A DNA stretch of 31,507 nt from a virus (lineage: Duplodnaviria; Caudoviricetes), in IMG/VR virus record IMGVR_UViG_3300049144_000016, positions 1 through 31,507 of that record. One strand, given 5' to 3'. A program made the translations under genes and the position numbers. A model generated the notes under the pieces. It saw only the letters and a list, made by a program, of their open reading frames with translations, was not told the DNA's origin and did not search any database. Positions 1-7,117 of the stretch are shown piece after piece. How positions within the stretch are numbered: the stretch's first letter is position 1; the number at the start of each line of letters is the position of its first letter.

Positions 1-588
1 GGCGAGGGCGGGCAGGACGATCGGGGCGAGGACGCCCGCACGCCACGCGGCGGCAACCAAGTCCTTGCCGCCGGTCGGCTGCGCCTTGCTGCCGCGGGTG
101 TAGGTGAGGCGGTGCGAGGGGGCGCGGGACGGCCGTATCTCGACTCCGGGCACGTTGTGCATCTCGCCCGTGGTGGGGTCGACGTAGCGGGCCACGCCGG
201 CGGCGGTCGCCTCCGCGAGGACCTTGCCGGTGAACCCTGGGCGCACGGTGGTCACCACCTGGGCGGGGATCACCTCGACGACGTGCTCACTGGGGTAGTG
301 GTCGCGCACCCATGCCCGGAACGCGTCCTCGTCGACCACCTGCGCGGCCCGTTCCCCGCCCTGGCGGGAGACGCTGCCCACCTTCGTGCCGTCGGGAAGG
401 GTGGCGTCGGTCTTGGTGGTGCCTACGGCCTTGTACTGCCGTTCGAGTAGGTCGGCGGCGTCGCGGCGCGCGTCGTCGCGGGCTTCCTTGACCTTGTCGA
501 ACAGGGCGTCGAGGACGGCTTGCCGGGTGACGGCGTCGCGGACGGCGTTCGGGTCCGGCGCGGTCGGCTTCTCGGGCTGCTCGCTCAC
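1..588 (-). CDS. Phage early protein, possibly Gp157/Gam-like; runs off the window edge
   Basis: Not in the ORF track. GTG at 588 overlaps the upstream stop (GTGA). Open frame MSEQPEKPTAPDPNAVRDAVTRQAVLDALFDKVKEARDDARR...VVDEDAFRAWVRDHYPSE...VDPTTGEMHNVPGVEI continues to base 1. The family guess is weak. Confidence 0.7.
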   Translation of the reverse strand, partial: MSEQPEKPTAPDPNAVRDAVTRQAVLDALFDKVKEARDDARRDAADLLERQYKAVGTTKTDATLPDGTKVGSVSRQGGERAAQVVDEDAFRAWVRDHYPSEHVVEVIPAQVVTTVRPGFTGKVLAEATAAGVARYVDPTTGEMHNVPGVEIRPSRAPSHRLTYTRGSKAQPTGGKDLVAAAWRAGVLAPIVLPALA

Positions 589-1808
589 TGGGCACCCCTG
601 GCGGCGGCCTGCTCGATCATCTGCCGGAATGCGTCGAGGGTGACGGCGGGGGCCTGGTCGATGGGGATGCCGTAGGCGCGCTCGAAGTCGGCGTCGAGGG
701 TGGGGAGGTTGGCGCGCGAGGCGGCGACCCTGAGCCGGTTCTCGGCCTCGACGGCGGCGCGCTCGGCGTTCGCCGCGTTGGCGGACACGACACCCTCGGC
801 GGCGGCGGCGTCCGACACGGAATGCGGGGCCGGTCCGGTCGGCTCCTTCGGCGCGGCGGGCTTGCTGTTTCCGATGTGCGCGAGGCGGGCGAGGTGTTCC
901 GCCGGGGCGCCCTGCGCCTTCCGCTCGTCGTACAGGCGGCGCACGTCCTCGACGGTCGCGGCGGCGTGCGCGGTCCGGATGTCGTCGAGGGCGGCGAGGT
1001 AGTGCTCGGGGGCGCCATCGGCCTCCGCGGCGGCCCGGATCGCGGCGAGGGCGTCGGGGTCGGCCGTGGCGAGGGCTTCGGCGAGGTAGTCGCGGCGCTC
1101 CTGCTGCGGCGCGGTCGCGGCCGGCGGGGTGTTCGGCGTCGACTGCACGACCGTGGCCGTGGTCATCTGCGGCGCGTCCACCCGCTCGACGATGACCGGT
1201 TGGCCTTCCTGGTCCACGACGGCCCCCAGCTCCTCGGGGGTGTAGATGGCGCCGTGCAGTACCTCGGGGCACGCGATGCGCACGGCCTCGGCGATGGCGC
1301 GGGCCCGCAGCATGGCGCGCGGGAACTTCTCCCACGGCTGCGGGCGGTTCTTGTCGTCGCGGGCGTACGGGCGGCCGTTGCGCATCTCGCACAGTCCGGC
1401 CGTGACGGCGTCGTCGAGGGTCCACTCGACCACCGACTCGTCGTCGGGGTCGTCGGCGCGCTGGATACGCACCTCGCACCGGGTGCGCTCCGACTTGATG
1501 CGGACGCGGTGGCCGGCGCTGCGGGCGCGGCCCAACATCAGGTCGGCGGACTGGGTGGGCTTGCCCTTGATGACGTGGATGGTGGTGATGGTCGTGACGA
1601 CGTCGAGCCCCAGGGCGCGGCCGTACTCCATCGCCCACAGCACGGACGCGGGCTGTCGACGGTAGGCGTCCGGCAACAGGGGCGTTTCGGCGAGGGAGGC
1701 GCAGAACTCCCACGCCTCCCGGGGGGACATGTGGGCGAGGGACAGGGCGCCGCCGGGCGCGATGGGCGCGGGCGCGGTGCGGGTGGTGGGCAGGGTGGTG
1801 ACGGTCAC
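585..1808 (-). CDS. RecT-like ssDNA annealing protein with long Ala-rich C-terminal extension
   Basis: Motifs LLPDAYRRQPASVLWAMEYGRALGLD, IHVIKGKP, WEKFPRAMLRARAIAEAVRIACPEVLHGAIYTPEE are typical of actinophage RecT-like proteins. Confidence 0.85.
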   Translation of the reverse strand: MTVTTLPTTRTAPAPIAPGGALSLAHMSPREAWEFCASLAETPLLPDAYRRQPASVLWAMEYGRALGLDVVTTITTIHVIKGKPTQSADLMLGRARSAGHRVRIKSERTRCEVRIQRADDPDDESVVEWTLDDAVTAGLCEMRNGRPYARDDKNRPQPWEKFPRAMLRARAIAEAVRIACPEVLHGAIYTPEELGAVVDQEGQPVIVERVDAPQMTTATVVQSTPNTPPAATAPQQERRDYLAEALATADPDALAAIRAAAEADGAPEHYLAALDDIRTAHAAATVEDVRRLYDERKAQGAPAEHLARLAHIGNSKPAAPKEPTGPAPHSVSDAAAAEGVVSANAANAERAAVEAENRLRVAASRANLPTLDADFERAYGIPIDQAPAVTLDAFRQMIEQAAARGAQ

Positions 1809-2176
1809 TTGCGGTCCTTCGTGCGGTTGTTACGGATGTGCGCGGCGCGGCGGGTGAGTCGGGTGCCGAGGGTGATGGCCTCGTCCGGGTCGAGCAGGGG
1901 GTCGAGGGCCGCGGCCGACGGGCAGACGCCGAGCAGTTCCTCGCGGAAGCTGTCGGCCTGCGCGGCGCCGATGGCGCGGCGCGCTTCGCTGGCGTCGTCG
2001 GTGACCGTGATGCGGTCGAGGGCGACGACGGCGGCGGCGTGCGCGTTGAGCAGGCGGCCCACGGCGTCCGGGTTGTCGGCGTAGGCGAGGGCCAGTTCGT
2101 CGAGCAGGGGCGCGGCGTGGTCGGTGAGGGGCAGACGGACCATGCGGCCGTCGGGGGTGATCTGCGGGACGATCAC
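1805..2176 (-). CDS. Hypothetical early protein (123 aa)
   Basis: Start re-called to GTG 2176 (GTGA overlap with the upstream stop); stop overlaps the RecT start; MIVPQITPDGRMVRLPLTDHAAPLLDELALAY... Confidence 0.8.
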   Translation of the reverse strand: MIVPQITPDGRMVRLPLTDHAAPLLDELALAYADNPDAVGRLLNAHAAAVVALDRITVTDDASEARRAIGAAQADSFREELLGVCPSAAALDPLLDPDEAITLGTRLTRRAAHIRNNRTKDRK

Positions 2177-2559
2177 GGGCGGGCCTCCGGGGTGGTGTCG
2201 AGGGCGAGGGCGGCCGGCGCGGTCGGCTCGTCGACGGCGAGGGCGCCGGTCGTCGCGTTGTAGGTGCGGGGGACGGACCAATCGGCGGCGGGGAACGCGC
2301 GCCGCAGCAGGCCGAACGCGGCGCGGGTGGCGTCGAGGTCGGCCTCGACGGGGCGGCCGGCGGAGTCGTCGAGGACCACCCACGTGCGGCGGCGGCCGTC
2401 GCGGGTGACGGGGACGGTGCGCACGCGGGCGGTGCCCGGGGCGATGGCGTCGAGCTGGCGGGCGATGACGGCGACGAACTGCGTGCGCTGGCGGGCGCGG
2501 CGGGCGCCGAGCACGGCCTGTACGGCGCGGGGGGTGCGGGTACGCTGGGGGATGTTCAC
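2173..2559 (-). CDS. Hypothetical early protein (128 aa)
   Basis: GAAGGGA RBS before GTG; coupled to the next gene; protein-like sequence (WVVLDD...AAFGLLRRAFPAADWSVPRTY). Confidence 0.8.
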   Translation of the reverse strand: MNIPQRTRTPRAVQAVLGARRARQRTQFVAVIARQLDAIAPGTARVRTVPVTRDGRRRTWVVLDDSAGRPVEADLDATRAAFGLLRRAFPAADWSVPRTYNATTGALAVDEPTAPAALALDTTPEARP

Positions 2560-2587
2560 GATTGGTCCCTTCGGGGGTTGGTCGAGT

Positions 2588-2620
2588 AGGGCCGTCCGGG
2601 TCGCATCCGGGCGGCCCTTT
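2588..2620 (+). terminator. Intergenic hairpin with terminator polarity on the + (antisense) strand
   Basis: AGGGCCGTCCGG...CCGGGCGGCCCT followed by TTCGCGTT; the G-U pairs and T-tail both work on the + strand. Confidence 0.55.
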
Positions 2621-2627
2621 CGCGTTG

Positions 2628-2810
2628 TCAGGCGGCGGCGCGGTGCTGCGGCGCGGTGCGCTGCTGCCGTTCGAGCCGGCGCAAGGTGAGTTCGACGTCC
2701 GCGGGGAGCCGGCCGGCGGCGCGGTCGGCGTCGCGGCGGGCGCGGGCGGCGTCGAGGACGGCGCGGGCGGCGGCGATGGCTTCGGCGCGGGGGATGACGG
2801 GGGCGCTCAT
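2628..2810 (-). CDS. Small helical early protein (60 aa)
   Basis: ATG 2810 overlaps the cro stop (ATGA); MSAPVIPRAEAIAAARAVLDAARARRDADRAAGRLPADVELTLRRLE... Confidence 0.75.
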   Translation of the reverse strand: MSAPVIPRAEAIAAARAVLDAARARRDADRAAGRLPADVELTLRRLERQQRTAPQHRAAA

Positions 2811-3031
2811 ACGGCCTCGCACGTCGGTTCGCTGGGGGTGAGGAGACGGGAGAGGGGGAGCCCGTAGGCGTCCTCGACGGCGGCGGCGACGGTGGGGGAG
2901 GGCGCGGTCCGGCCGTGCCACAGACGCCATGCCGTCACGGGCGAGATTTCGAGGGCGGCGGCTACGTCCGTGTAGTGGCCGTGGCCGTGGGCTATGGCCA
3001 CGGCGCGGAGCTTTGAGCGGTCGTACTGCAC
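2807..3031 (-). CDS. Cro-like XRE HTH regulator
   Basis: HTH YTDVAAALEISPVTAWRLWHGRTAPS; divergent from the repressor; GTG 3031 preceded by GAAAGG (ATG 3046 and 3055 are alternatives). Confidence 0.85.
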   Translation of the reverse strand: MQYDRSKLRAVAIAHGHGHYTDVAAALEISPVTAWRLWHGRTAPSPTVAAAVEDAYGLPLSRLLTPSEPTCEAV

Positions 3032-3040
3032 AGCGGTGCC

Positions 3041-3311
3041 TTTCATCCGTGGCATCTATCTGCCGTGACAGACGTTAGCACTCATCTTTCATGATTGAAA
3101 GAAACCGGTCAGGGAAGACGCCCCTTCACGCAGGGTGCGAGGTCGTTGACAGGGGGGCACGACGGCGGCAAGATCGTGCATCAGTTCGGCCCATTGCCGC
3201 AGGTAAGTGGGCAAACTGACCATGGGGAGGGGTAGGCCATGCCGCGACACGTCATGACTCATTCACTACGTGTCACCGCTGGCAGTAACCCGCTACATTT
3301 CACCCATGAAA
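3041..3311. promoter_or_regulatory. Genetic switch with five 14-bp operators, consensus TKYCA-N4-TGRMA
   Basis: 3041 TTTCAtccgTGGCA; 3057 TATCTgccgTGACA (degenerate); 3087 TTTCAtgatTGAAA; 3271 TGTCAccgcTGGCA; 3298 TTTCAcccaTGAAA. Confidence 0.8.
3072..3100 (-). promoter_or_regulatory. Leftward early lytic promoter
   Basis: Minus strand TTTCAA-17 bp-TAACGT; the -35 lies inside the perfect operator at 3087-3100. Confidence 0.6.
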
Positions 3312-3722
3312 AGCAGCGCCGACTTTGCAACCTGGCTTCACGGCCAGCTCACCGACCGCGGATACGACCTCAGTCAGCGCGGCGGCGGCCGTAGCCGCTT
3401 CGCCGAGGATTCAGGCATCAGCCCATCCACCGTCGGCAGACTCCTCCGCGGCGAGGGCGCCAAAGACATTGGCACCCTCACCACCCTCGCCAACGCCCTA
3501 GGTCTCCCGCTCGGGGATGTACTCGTGGAGGCCGGCGTACTCAGCCGCGGCGAGCTGGACAACGTGCAGCACCCCACCAGCGGACCGCGCCGCATCACGC
3601 CCGAGCAAGCCGCCGACGAACTCGGCATCAAAGACGACCAGGCACGGCGCGTGTTCGTGTCCATGGTCGAAACACTGCAACGCACGCCACCCCCCACGGA
3701 GCAACGCAGCGCAGAGCAATGA
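3306..3722 (+). CDS. Immunity repressor (XRE HTH), probably leaderless
   Basis: HTH GGRSRFAEDSGISPSTVGRLLRGE...LANALGLPLGDVLVEAG; -10 TACATT at 3294-3299 lies 6 nt before ATG 3306; no SD; an operator overlaps the start. Confidence 0.88.
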   Translation: MKSSADFATWLHGQLTDRGYDLSQRGGGRSRFAEDSGISPSTVGRLLRGEGAKDIGTLTTLANALGLPLGDVLVEAGVLSRGELDNVQHPTSGPRRITPEQAADELGIKDDQARRVFVSMVETLQRTPPPTEQRSAEQ

Positions 3723-3737
3723 GCACCGGAGGCACCT

Positions 3738-4094
3738 TTGAACGCCCGCTCCCTTTCCGTCCTGGGTATGACCTCGCTTGCCCTTGCCATGTCCCTGGGG
3801 GGACTCGCCTTCATGACCGACCATGACGACCTTGCACGGATCGGCCTGCTCATATCCGTGCCCGCCGCAACGGCGTCCGCCGTAGGGGCACTCCGCCGAC
3901 AGGTCGCCGTCAACGACGACCAGCTCGCCGAGGCGCACGCCGCCGGCTACGCCCTCGCCCTCGACCACGTCGCCCGCGGCCTGCTCGACCAACACACCGC
4001 GCCGGCCCCTGACGGGACCCACAACGACACCCCCAGCGCCCACGTCCACCACCTCTACGCCCTGCCCGATGACGACAAACGGGCCGCAGGATGA
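3738..4094 (+). CDS. Two-TM membrane protein in the lysogeny operon
   Basis: GGAGG RBS then TTG; two hydrophobic segments; stop overlaps the integrase ATG (ATGA). Confidence 0.8.
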   Translation: MNARSLSVLGMTSLALAMSLGGLAFMTDHDDLARIGLLISVPAATASAVGALRRQVAVNDDQLAEAHAAGYALALDHVARGLLDQHTAPAPDGTHNDTPSAHVHHLYALPDDDKRAAG

Positions 4095-5695
4095 CGACGG
4101 CACCCGCGACGTTCCGCAGCAGCGACGCCCCCGACGGCGACCCGTACATCGGCTACATCAGGGTCTCGACCTGGAAAGAGGAGAAGATCAGTCCCGAGCT
4201 GCAACGGGACGCCATCACTCAATGGGCCCGCCGCACCGGGCACCAGATCATCGGATGGGTTGAAGACCTTGACGTGTCCGGCCGGCATTTCAAACGCAAG
4301 ATCATGCGCTGTATCGAGCGCGTCGAGGCAGGCGAGGCACGGGGCGTAGCCGTCTGGCGGTACTCCCGATTCGGCCGGGACCGTACCGGCAACGCGGTCA
4401 ACCTCGCCCGACTCCAACAGGCCGGCGGGGAACTGGAATCGGCGACGGAACCGGTCGACGCATCAACCGCCATCGGCCGATTCCAGCGCGGAATGATTCT
4501 GGAGTTTTCCGCGTTCGAGTCGGACCGCGCCGGCGAGCAGTGGCGCGAGACCCACGACCACCGCCGCTACAAACTCCAACTTCCCGCCCACGGCCGCAAA
4601 CGGTTCGGCTACGTCTGGCACCGACGGTTCAACCCCGCCACCGGAGAGCTACAGAAAGAGCGCTACGAACCCGACCCGACAACCGGGCCCGCGGTCGCTG
4701 ACCTGTACCGCGACTACGTCAGCGGCGAGGGTTTCACCGTCCTGTGCGGCCGGCTCAACGCCACCGGCCACCGCACCACCCAGGGAAGCCTCTGGACCAC
4801 TGAAACGCTCACCCGCTACATGGACTCCGGCTTTGCCGCCGGACTGCTCATCGTCCACAACCCCGAATGCCGCTGCCGCAAGACCGACGGGACATGCCGC
4901 AACCGCGTCCACATCCAGGGCGCACACGAGGAGTTGATCGATTTCGACCTCTGGCAGGCGTACCAGCAGCGACGCAAGGAGGTGAAACGCACCGCGCCGC
5001 GGTCCCGAACCGGACTCTACGAACTCACCAGCCTCGCCAAATGCGCCCAGTGCCGCGGAGGAACCAACCTCAATGCCGCCCAGCGTGACGGCGTCAACGT
5101 CCCCGGATACGCCTACCGGTGCGGCGCCCGCGCCAAAGCCGGCGCCCTCGCCTGTGAGGGCGTGTACGTCCTTCGGGAACGCGTCGAGAAGGAAGTGTTC
5201 GACTGGCTCACGCGCGAGGCCGCCGACGACATCGATGCGGCTCCGCCGACGGAGCAGGCACCGGAACGCGACCGCGCCGCACAGCAGGCCGCCACCATGC
5301 GGGCCCGCGCCCGCGCACAGGCAGACGTCGACAAGCAACGGCAGGCCCTCGCCCGGCTACGCGCCGACCACGCCGCCAACCCGGAGGACTACGCCGAAGG
5401 CGAGTACGAGGAAGCCGTCGCGCAGATCCGGGCCCGCCAGGCGGAGGCTCAGGCCGTCCTCGACGCCGTCCCGGACGTCGAGCCGCTACCCGACCGAGCC
5501 GAGTACGCGCCGCTCATCGTGGGCACCGTCGCGGAGTGGCGCACGCTCGACGTCCGCGGCCGGAACATGATCTATCGCAAGTTGATACGCCGCGTGGCTC
5601 TTGTGCGGCACGGGCCGGGGTCCGACGCGGTCGAGGTGCAGGTGCATCCCGTGTGGGAGCCGGACCCGTGGGAGGAGAAACCGGCCCGGACGTAG
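4091..5695 (+). CDS. int: Large serine integrase
   Basis: Catalytic YIRVS, DLDVSG, SRFGR; recombinase domain; Zn ribbon CAQC...YRC...C; coiled coil. Confidence 0.97.
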   Translation: MTTAPATFRSSDAPDGDPYIGYIRVSTWKEEKISPELQRDAITQWARRTGHQIIGWVEDLDVSGRHFKRKIMRCIERVEAGEARGVAVWRYSRFGRDRTGNAVNLARLQQAGGELESATEPVDASTAIGRFQRGMILEFSAFESDRAGEQWRETHDHRRYKLQLPAHGRKRFGYVWHRRFNPATGELQKERYEPDPTTGPAVADLYRDYVSGEGFTVLCGRLNATGHRTTQGSLWTTETLTRYMDSGFAAGLLIVHNPECRCRKTDGTCRNRVHIQGAHEELIDFDLWQAYQQRRKEVKRTAPRSRTGLYELTSLAKCAQCRGGTNLNAAQRDGVNVPGYAYRCGARAKAGALACEGVYVLRERVEKEVFDWLTREAADDIDAAPPTEQAPERDRAAQQAATMRARARAQADVDKQRQALARLRADHAANPEDYAEGEYEEAVAQIRARQAEAQAVLDAVPDVEPLPDRAEYAPLIVGTVAEWRTLDVRGRNMIYRKLIRRVALVRHGPGSDAVEVQVHPVWEPDPWEEKPART

Positions 5696-5697
5696 TG

Positions 5698-5715
5698 ACA
5701 TACCGCGTGGTATGT
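5698..5715. promoter_or_regulatory. Palindromic operator-like site upstream of the acyl-CoA ligase fragment
   Basis: ACATACC-gcgt-GGTATGT perfect 7-bp inverted repeat directly after the int stop. Confidence 0.55.
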
Positions 5716-5770
5716 GCGCAGAATCTGTCCACCCGTCGCAACGTGGCGACTGCCCACCGGGAGGACAGCC

Positions 5771-6019
5771 GTGCAAGGTCTCATGCAAGATGTGCCGCTC
5801 TTGATCAGCCGAATTCTGGAACACGGCCGGACCGTTCACGGGCAGTCGACCGTGACCACCTGGACCGGCGAGGGCGCGCCACAGCGCCGGACGTTCGCGG
5901 AGATCGGCGCCCGCGCGGCCCAGCTCGCCCACGCCCTACGCGATGACCTCGGAGTCACGGACCAGAGTGTTTTGGGCACACTGATGTGCAACAGTGCATC
6001 TAAAACACTCACCGCGTGA
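5771..6019 (+). pseudogene. Phage-borne 5' fragment of a long-chain fatty acyl-CoA ligase (72 codons up to the attP centre)
   Basis: GGAGGA RBS and GTG 5771; MQDVPLLISRILEHG...VTTWTGEG..RRTFAEIGARAAQLAHALRDDLGV...GTLM matches the N-terminus of Streptomyces long-chain fatty acid-CoA ligases. Similarity ends where the host motif LMWN is expected (here LMCN). Confidence 0.9.
5965..6010. other. attP site of the serine integrase; predicted crossover dinucleotide TG at 5987-5988
   Basis: 46-bp imperfect inverted repeat GAGTGTTTT..CACTG.TG-[TG]-CA.CAGTG..AAAACACTC, AT-rich, downstream of int, centred at the point where host-gene similarity ends. Confidence 0.88.
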
Positions 6020-6032
6020 CCTGCGGAAATGC

Positions 6033-6068
6033 AAAAGGGCCCGCCCCCGGAAGGTGGGGGCGGGCCCT
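6033..6068 (-). terminator. Intrinsic terminator, possibly bidirectional
   Basis: 13-bp stem AGGGCCCGCCCCC/GGGGGCGGGCCCT with a T-run on the minus strand, between convergent units. Confidence 0.8.
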
Positions 6069-6110
6069 ATCGGCGCCCGGCCACGGCCGGCGTCGCGGCC
6101 GGACGCTGAC

Positions 6111-6293
6111 CTAGTGGAGACAGCGACGGATCAGGATGTTGCAGTCAGACACCCGCGTCCAGTCGCCCGCCGTGCGGGCGGCGGATCGGTCGCGCGCCCA
6201 CTTCTGGCACCGCGTGCATCCCGGGGCGGGGGTTGCGTCGGGGAGCGGTACCCCCAGCGCTACGGGCTCGTCCATCGTCTTCCGCGGGCCCAT
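6111..6293 (-). CDS. Small Cys-rich protein (60 aa), CxxC...GD..VSDCN..IRR type
   Basis: ATG overlaps the upstream stop (TGATG); MGPRKTMDEPVALGVPLPDATPAPGCTRCQKWARDRSAARTAGDWTRVSDCNILIRRCLH. Confidence 0.75.
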   Translation of the reverse strand: MGPRKTMDEPVALGVPLPDATPAPGCTRCQKWARDRSAARTAGDWTRVSDCNILIRRCLH

Positions 6294-6619
6294 CACTTGT
6301 CGGCCTCCTGCTCGCGGCGCAGGACGGCCCACAGGGCGGCGCCCGCCGGGCAGGTCTCGAACCTGTTGCACGGCTCGCACGGCTTGATGTTCGCGGTGCC
6401 GCCCAGGTGGTTGAACAGTGCCTCCCACGCAACCCACGTCGACAACACCTCCAGCCGGTGCGTGACGCGGCACGGCCGGCACGCGTAGAGGGTGCCGCCC
6501 GCTCCCTCGCCCTGCTCGATGACCTGCACGGGGCGAGCGGGGGCCATGCCCTTGTGCCATGAGCACCACTGGACCGGCACGGTTCCGTCGTTGCGGTGGG
6601 TGTCTGTACTCTCCTGCAT
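6293..6619 (-). CDS. Putative double zinc-binding protein (108 aa)
   Basis: AAAGGAG RBS; WCSWH...LYACRPCR and H...CEPC...C motifs. Confidence 0.8.
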   Translation of the reverse strand: MQESTDTHRNDGTVPVQWCSWHKGMAPARPVQVIEQGEGAGGTLYACRPCRVTHRLEVLSTWVAWEALFNHLGGTANIKPCEPCNRFETCPAGAALWAVLRREQEADK

Positions 6620-6710
6620 GTGTCGTGCGCTCCTTTGCAGCGTCGACCGTGGCTCTCGGACCGTGGCCCGGTCCGGGAGCCGTTTCCATGTCGCTCACGG
6701 TACCCGAGCT

Positions 6711-6780
6711 ACACCCCTCCGCAACCCCCTACGGCGCACTACGTACCTCCACGCACCTCCGCGGTGCGCCGCGCTGCCAT
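6711..6780. repeat. Degenerate 10-bp periodic repeats, candidate GntR operator array
   Basis: acacccctcc/gcaaccccct/acggcgcact/acgtacctcc/acgcacctcc/gcggtgcgcc/gcgctgccat in the divergent intergenic region. Confidence 0.45.
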
Positions 6781-6816
6781 GAGGCGGCGCGCGGTGGACC
6801 GCGTGACGATGCCGGT

Positions 6817-7095
6817 ATGAGCGAGGACGCCCAAGAGGTCACGTACGAGTACGTGCGCATTGCGGACCTGATCGCCGCGGACATCGCGGCCGGCCGGCTC
6901 CCCCTCGGTGCGCGGCTGCCGGGCGAGCAGGAACTCGCCGAGCTGCACGGGGTGAGCGTGTCGACGTCGCGGCGGGTGCGGCGTGAGCTGGTGCGGCGCG
7001 GTCTCGTGCGGGTCCTGCCGGCCAAGGGGAGCTTTGTGGTCCGTACGGCGGCCGTCGAGGACGGGACCGCAGAAACGCCCCCGCCCGGCCCGTGA
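6817..7095 (+). CDS. Small GntR-family winged-helix regulator, DNA-binding domain only
   Basis: YVRIADLIAADIAAGRLPLGARLPGEQELAELHGVSVSTSRRVRRELVRRGLVRVLPAKGSFV; ATG 6817 lies 6 nt after a -10-like GACGAT, so probably leaderless. Confidence 0.92.
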   Translation: MSEDAQEVTYEYVRIADLIAADIAAGRLPLGARLPGEQELAELHGVSVSTSRRVRRELVRRGLVRVLPAKGSFVVRTAAVEDGTAETPPPGP

Positions 7096-7111
7096 GGGCC
7101 GAACGGGGGCG
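7071..7111 (-). terminator. Late-operon terminator
   Basis: Minus strand CGCCCCCGTTCGGCCC-tcac-GGGCCGGGCGGGGGCG-TTTCT, between convergent genes. Confidence 0.75.
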
Positions 7112-7117
7112 ATGTGG

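Noticed and set aside
5714-6019. Ligase-like ORF as evidence of a host chromosome junction (attL/attR)
   Set aside because: Phage genes lie on both sides and the inverted repeat is symmetric, which fits attP.
6559-6816. N-terminal extension of the GntR ORF in the track
   Set aside because: It overlaps the divergent gene and regulatory region; GntR similarity starts after ATG 6817.
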